Part shown: positions 7,299 through 10,230 of the stretch, one piece after another
How the letters are laid out: each line of letters opens with the position of its first letter
Numbering within the stretch: position 1 is the stretch's first letter
Origin: Candidatus Jordarchaeales archaeon
GTDB lineage: Archaea; Asgardarchaeota; Jordiarchaeia; Jordiarchaeales; Freyrarchaeaceae
Length of the DNA stretch: 10,230 bases
Reading direction: 5' to 3'
Assembly: GCA_038858525.1 (NCBI GenBank)
Contig: JAWCFL010000020.1
Location: 5,473-15,702, forward strand
Translations under genes and position numbers: made by a program
Notes under the pieces: model-generated
Told to the model about the DNA's origin: nothing
The model's input: only the letters and a program-made list of their open reading frames with translations
The model's database searches: none

Positions 7299-7945
7299 CT
7301 CTTGATTTTCACTTTTCTCCCTAACACTTCCAATTTTCCCTCAACATAGAGCCTGACAGCTTCAGGATATATTTCATGCTCTTTCTTGAGAATTCTCTCA
7401 GATAATGTCTCCACAGTGTCGTCATCATGAACTGGAACGACAGCCTGAAGTATGATTGGTCCATGGTCTACCTCTTCATCAACAAAGTGGACAGTGCACC
7501 CCGTGTACTTCACACCGTAATCAAGCGCTTGTTTCTGGGCGTTAAGCCCCGGAAAGGCTGGGAGAAGAGATGGGTGGATGTTCATGATCCTTCCCTTGTA
7601 TTTTCTTATAAAGTATGGGCTGAGCTTAAGCATATAGCCAGCTAAGAGCACTAGGTTGACGTTCCTCTTTTCCAGTTCAGCTATAATATTCTTGTCGTAT
7701 TCTACCCTCAACCTCTCCCTTTTCTCTGGGTCAGGCTCCTTCCAGAAGTCCTTAGGATCTATGAACAATGTTTCTATGCCGTGCGCCCTAGCTTTTTCAA
7801 GGGCAGGGGCATCTCTCCTACTGCTTATAACAACGACAACCTTGGCGTTCTTAATGTATCCCTCCTCAACCTTCCTAATGATCGCTTCCATGTTAGAGCC
7901 CCTACCAGAAACCAGAATACCGATGTTAATCACTTTACCCTCCAA
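7295..7945 (-). CDS. purN: Phosphoribosylglycinamide formyltransferase (folate-dependent GAR transformylase)
   Basis: GAR-phosphate loop SGRGSNM, catalytic N122/H124 in NIHPSLLP and D160 in TVHFVDEEVDHGPII. TTG start with AGGAGGTT at 7958-7951. Confidence 0.96.
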   Translation of the reverse strand: MEGKVINIGILVSGRGSNMEAIIRKVEEGYIKNAKVVVVISSRRDAPALEKARAHGIETLFIDPKDFWKEPDPEKRERLRVEYDKNIIAELEKRNVNLVLLAGYMLKLSPYFIRKYKGRIMNIHPSLLPAFPGLNAQKQALDYGVKYTGCTVHFVDEEVDHGPIILQAVVPVHDDDTVETLSERILKKEHEIYPEAVRLYVEGKLEVLGRKVKIKS

Positions 7946-7981
7946 TACTAAACCTCCTCTTGATACTGGAAATTTTCATAG

Positions 7982-7996
7982 TTTATATCCTCTTTA
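7982..7996 (-). promoter_or_regulatory. Candidate TATA box for purN
   Basis: The minus strand reads TAAAGAGGATATAAA. ATATAAA (7988-7982) ends 37 nt upstream of TTG 7945 and is preceded by a purine-rich stretch. Confidence 0.45.
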
Positions 7997-8133
7997 ACTT
8001 TCCTAAAATTTCACCCTTATGAAAAACTCTTTCTTATGGGAGAACAAAAACATGCATTCCAAAGTAAAGTATTTCGTTGATAATTCAATTTCGAGCTCTG
8101 TTACGCAAACCATCTCTGAACTAACGTTTTAAC

Positions 8134-8220
8134 GCCCAGACTGGGCTTCGCTAAAAACTTCAAAACTACTCCACAACACGACTTGACGCATCTCAATTAC
8201 CCAGTCTTAAAGAAGTTTAG
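8134..8220 (-). ncRNA. Candidate structured RNA element upstream of purN (speculative, ZTP-riboswitch-like topology)
   Basis: Nested complementary segments: 8212-8220 with 8151-8161, 8193-8196 with 8183-8186, 8200-8207 with 8138-8145, and palindrome 8134-8146. No covariation evidence is available. Confidence 0.2.
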
Positions 8221-8352
8221 GAAGAAAAGCTTACATAGGGAACAAGTATCCGTAAGTGAAGAGTTGAACCCGGGTTGCTGAGATTTTGCGCCTTCTTTTT
8301 CTCAGAAATCATTACTGTAACAGTTATTTCTTCTTTTTCTTCGCCTTCACTT

Positions 8353-9537
8353 TTAAATTTCTACTTTTTTTGCTTTTTCCAAAGTTTCTTCCACCATTTT
8401 TTCCACTTCTATTCTTTTTTCAACCTCTAATACCTCTTCTAGCTTTGCTTTGAGGATAGGGTGTCGAGGTGCAGCAGTGCATCCTAAGCTCTTCTTGATT
8501 GAAATATCATATGTCCCTATTTTCCTCGCTATAGCTTCCGTTTCAACTTTGTCAAACCCGAGAAGTGGCCTATGGACAGGGTATCTCTTAACTGCCTCAT
8601 TTAGAACTCTTAGGTTTCTGAGGGTTTGGCTTGCCTGCTCCCCTACAGCTTCCCCAGTCACTATTCCCTCAGCTTTTTCGATTTCCGCTATTTTTTCTGC
8701 CACCCTGTACATGAACCTCTTGCAGAGGATGCATGTGTACCTTTCGGGGGATTCCCTTTTTATGGTTGTTAATGCTTCCTCGTAGGGAATAACGTACATT
8801 TCCCCCTTCCGCCCCGCCCATCTGAAGAGGACTTTTGCGCAGTCCAGCGCCTTCATCCTGCTAGCTTCATCAGAAAACGTTGGGCTTGAGTCGAAGTATA
8901 CTGGAATTATAAGTGCTCCTCTTTTCATCATGAGCCAGCATGCTACAGGTGAGTCTATTCCGCCACTTAGCAGGCAGATCACTTTTCCTTGTACTCCTAA
9001 CGGGAAGCCTCCAGGTCCACTGTACTCTTCGGTGTAAACATACGCTTTGTCGTCGCGTACTTCTATTTTGATCGTTACATCTGGATTCTTAAGGTTCACT
9101 TTTAACCCGTTTTCCTTGAATAGTTGTAGGATCTCGCTTCCCACTTTTCTGCAGATATCCATGCTGGTGTAAGGGTGGTTTCCCGTCCTCCTGCACCTTA
9201 CGGCAAATGTTATTCTCTCTTTTAGGGTCTTCTGAGCGACTTTTAATGCTGTGTGTACTATGTCGTCTATTTTTGAGCTGGTTTTCAGCGCTGGTGAGAC
9301 TGACGAGACTCCAAATATGCGGGTTGCCAACTTCGCCGCTCTAACGGCGTCGCCCGACGCTACATATGCTCTCCCGAAAACGTATTCTATCCTGTGGTCT
9401 ATTCCTTCTGCCTCTAGTAGTTTTTCTATCTGCTTGCAGACTTCTTTTTCGTAGTGTACTCGCGTTCTTGAACTTTTGACTCCAACCTCGCAGCCAAACC
9501 TGACTATCACGGTATCGTAGCTCCATTCCTCCGCCAC
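8353..9537 (-). CDS. thiI: tRNA 4-thiouridine(8) synthase ThiI, archaeal CXXC+C type without a rhodanese domain
   Basis: N-terminal VIVRFG.EVGVKS, THUMP domain (TFAVRCRRTGNHPYTS; VNLKNPDVTIKIEVR), PP-loop LLSGGIDSPVA, CILCKR, GEAVGEQASQTL, RPLLGFDK and a late Cys in GCTAAP. I place the start at GTG 9537 because AGGAGG lies at 9552-9547. The longest ORF starts at GTG 9570. Confidence 0.95.
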   Translation of the reverse strand: MAEEWSYDTVIVRFGCEVGVKSSRTRVHYEKEVCKQIEKLLEAEGIDHRIEYVFGRAYVASGDAVRAAKLATRIFGVSSVSPALKTSSKIDDIVHTALKVAQKTLKERITFAVRCRRTGNHPYTSMDICRKVGSEILQLFKENGLKVNLKNPDVTIKIEVRDDKAYVYTEEYSGPGGFPLGVQGKVICLLSGGIDSPVACWLMMKRGALIIPVYFDSSPTFSDEASRMKALDCAKVLFRWAGRKGEMYVIPYEEALTTIKRESPERYTCILCKRFMYRVAEKIAEIEKAEGIVTGEAVGEQASQTLRNLRVLNEAVKRYPVHRPLLGFDKVETEAIARKIGTYDISIKKSLGCTAAPRHPILKAKLEEVLEVEKRIEVEKMVEETLEKAKKVEI

Positions 9538-9629
9538 TTGCAGAAGCCTCCTCTCGCCTACTCTGCTCACTTAACGATCCTAAACGTCAATGGAAGAAAA
9601 CACCTAAAATCTCTTTTCATTTACTAGTC

Positions 9630-9635
9630 AAAAAA
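9630..9635 (-). terminator. Possible oligo-T terminator of the 119-aa gene
   Basis: T6 tract (CACTTTTTTGA) on the minus strand about 52 nt after TGA 9690-9688. Confidence 0.4.
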
Positions 9636-9687
9636 GTGATCAAGAAATCACGAATCAACATATATGTAACTTTTACTCTAATAGCTA

Positions 9688-10047
9688 TCAGGTTTTTCCT
9701 TCCTTATCTAATATTTCGAGTATCCTGTCTAGTTCGTACATTTCGCTGAGCGCATTTATCCTATTTTTAAGTTTTGCTGCCGCTATCATCGTGTGATGCT
9801 CCTCTTTCATTATAACGATGACTCCTGTTCTCTCTGTGGTTTTTATAAGAAAGCTTTTCTTGTCATGTACCATGCTTCCTATGTTCATCATTGATAAAGG
9901 GAACTTTCTGTAGTACCCTAAAACGTCTCCTTTAATTTCCCCCTTAAATGCCCACACCTTGAAGTTTGTATCTATGACGTATATTGCTTCAACTGCAAGT
10001 TTACCTATGTTTGACTCGATAATCTTTACTATGTTTTCAGTGTTCAA
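9688..10047 (-). CDS. Hypothetical protein, possibly Roadblock/longin/profilin-like fold
   Basis: 119 aa, TTG start with GAGGAGTGG at 10063-10055, globular composition. Predicted pattern is helix, two strands (AIYVID, KVWAFKG), short helix, three strands, long helix. The CDS is likely real (about 0.8) but the fold is uncertain (about 0.4). Confidence 0.7.
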   Translation of the reverse strand: MNTENIVKIIESNIGKLAVEAIYVIDTNFKVWAFKGEIKGDVLGYYRKFPLSMMNIGSMVHDKKSFLIKTTERTGVIVIMKEEHHTMIAAAKLKNRINALSEMYELDRILEILDKEGKT

Positions 10048-10136
10048 GGAGCATCCACTCCTCTTGGGACTATTGCTTGCCGTCTTCTAGGCTTCGTCTT
10101 CCAATTTTTCGAGGAAAATTTCAGGATCATTGATGT

Positions 10137-10229
10137 TTAAACTTTTCTGATAACTTCATGCCGGACCAACATATGCTTTTCAAAAATGGTCCTCAAACTA
10201 CGCTCATTCCTGAATGCTTTTTCCTCTTC
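10137..10229 (-). CDS. Possible 3' end of a gene entering from the right edge
   Basis: A minus-strand frame is open from the window edge: EEEKAFRNERSLRTIFEKHMLVRHEVIRKV, then TAA 10139-10137. It is only 30 codons and cannot be confirmed. Confidence 0.25.
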   Translation of the reverse strand, partial: EEEKAFRNERSLRTIFEKHMLVRHEVIRKV

Positions 10230-10230
10230 T

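Noticed and set aside
7427-7997. Plus-strand ORFs of 72 and 113 aa
   Set aside because: Both are antisense to the well-supported purN gene.
8019-8132. 37-aa plus-strand ORF MKNSFLWENKNMHSKVKYFVDNSISSSVTQTISELTF
   Set aside because: No SD, unremarkable composition and a length compatible with chance.
6544-8352. CRISPR array or cas genes expected near a CARF protein
   Set aside because: No regularly spaced 24-47 nt repeats and no cas-like ORF were seen anywhere in the window.
8365-8371. A7 run near the thiI 3' end that could give a -1 frameshift to a KVKAKKKKK tail
   Set aside because: A-runs are expected from Lys codons, ThiI is complete in the zero frame and no stimulatory structure is evident.
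8450-9526. Alternative ORFs of 111, 67 and 61 aa overlapping thiI
   Set aside because: They are shadow or out-of-frame ORFs inside a strongly conserved gene.

Overview
Archaeal housekeeping-type window, with no mobile element, CRISPR array, tRNA or rRNA recognised. Archaeal origin rests on Topo VI, archaeal-type ThrRS, CXXC-type ThiI, TATA/BRE promoters and GGAGG Shine-Dalgarno sites; a TACK/Asgard-like lineage is only a guess. Gene order: 3' part of top6B (+), top6A (+), UPF0280/ApbE-like gene (-), thrS (+), MFS transporter (+), wHTH-CARF-like regulator (+), purN (-), a 407-nt intergenic region, thiI (-), a 119-aa hypothetical protein with a Roadblock/longin-like pattern (-), and possibly the end of another gene at the right edge. 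The most unusual points are these. (1) A Csa3-like CARF domain fused behind, not in front of, a winged helix, with no cas genes in the window. (2) Both Topo VI subunits carry add-ons: a ~150-aa acidic-then-basic tail on Top6B and an extra N-terminal winged helix on Top6A. (3) A stand-alone PurN with changes at the folate-tail site, preceded by a possible pseudoknotted RNA that partly resembles a ZTP riboswitch. All family assignments come from motif recognition by eye; no database search was run.
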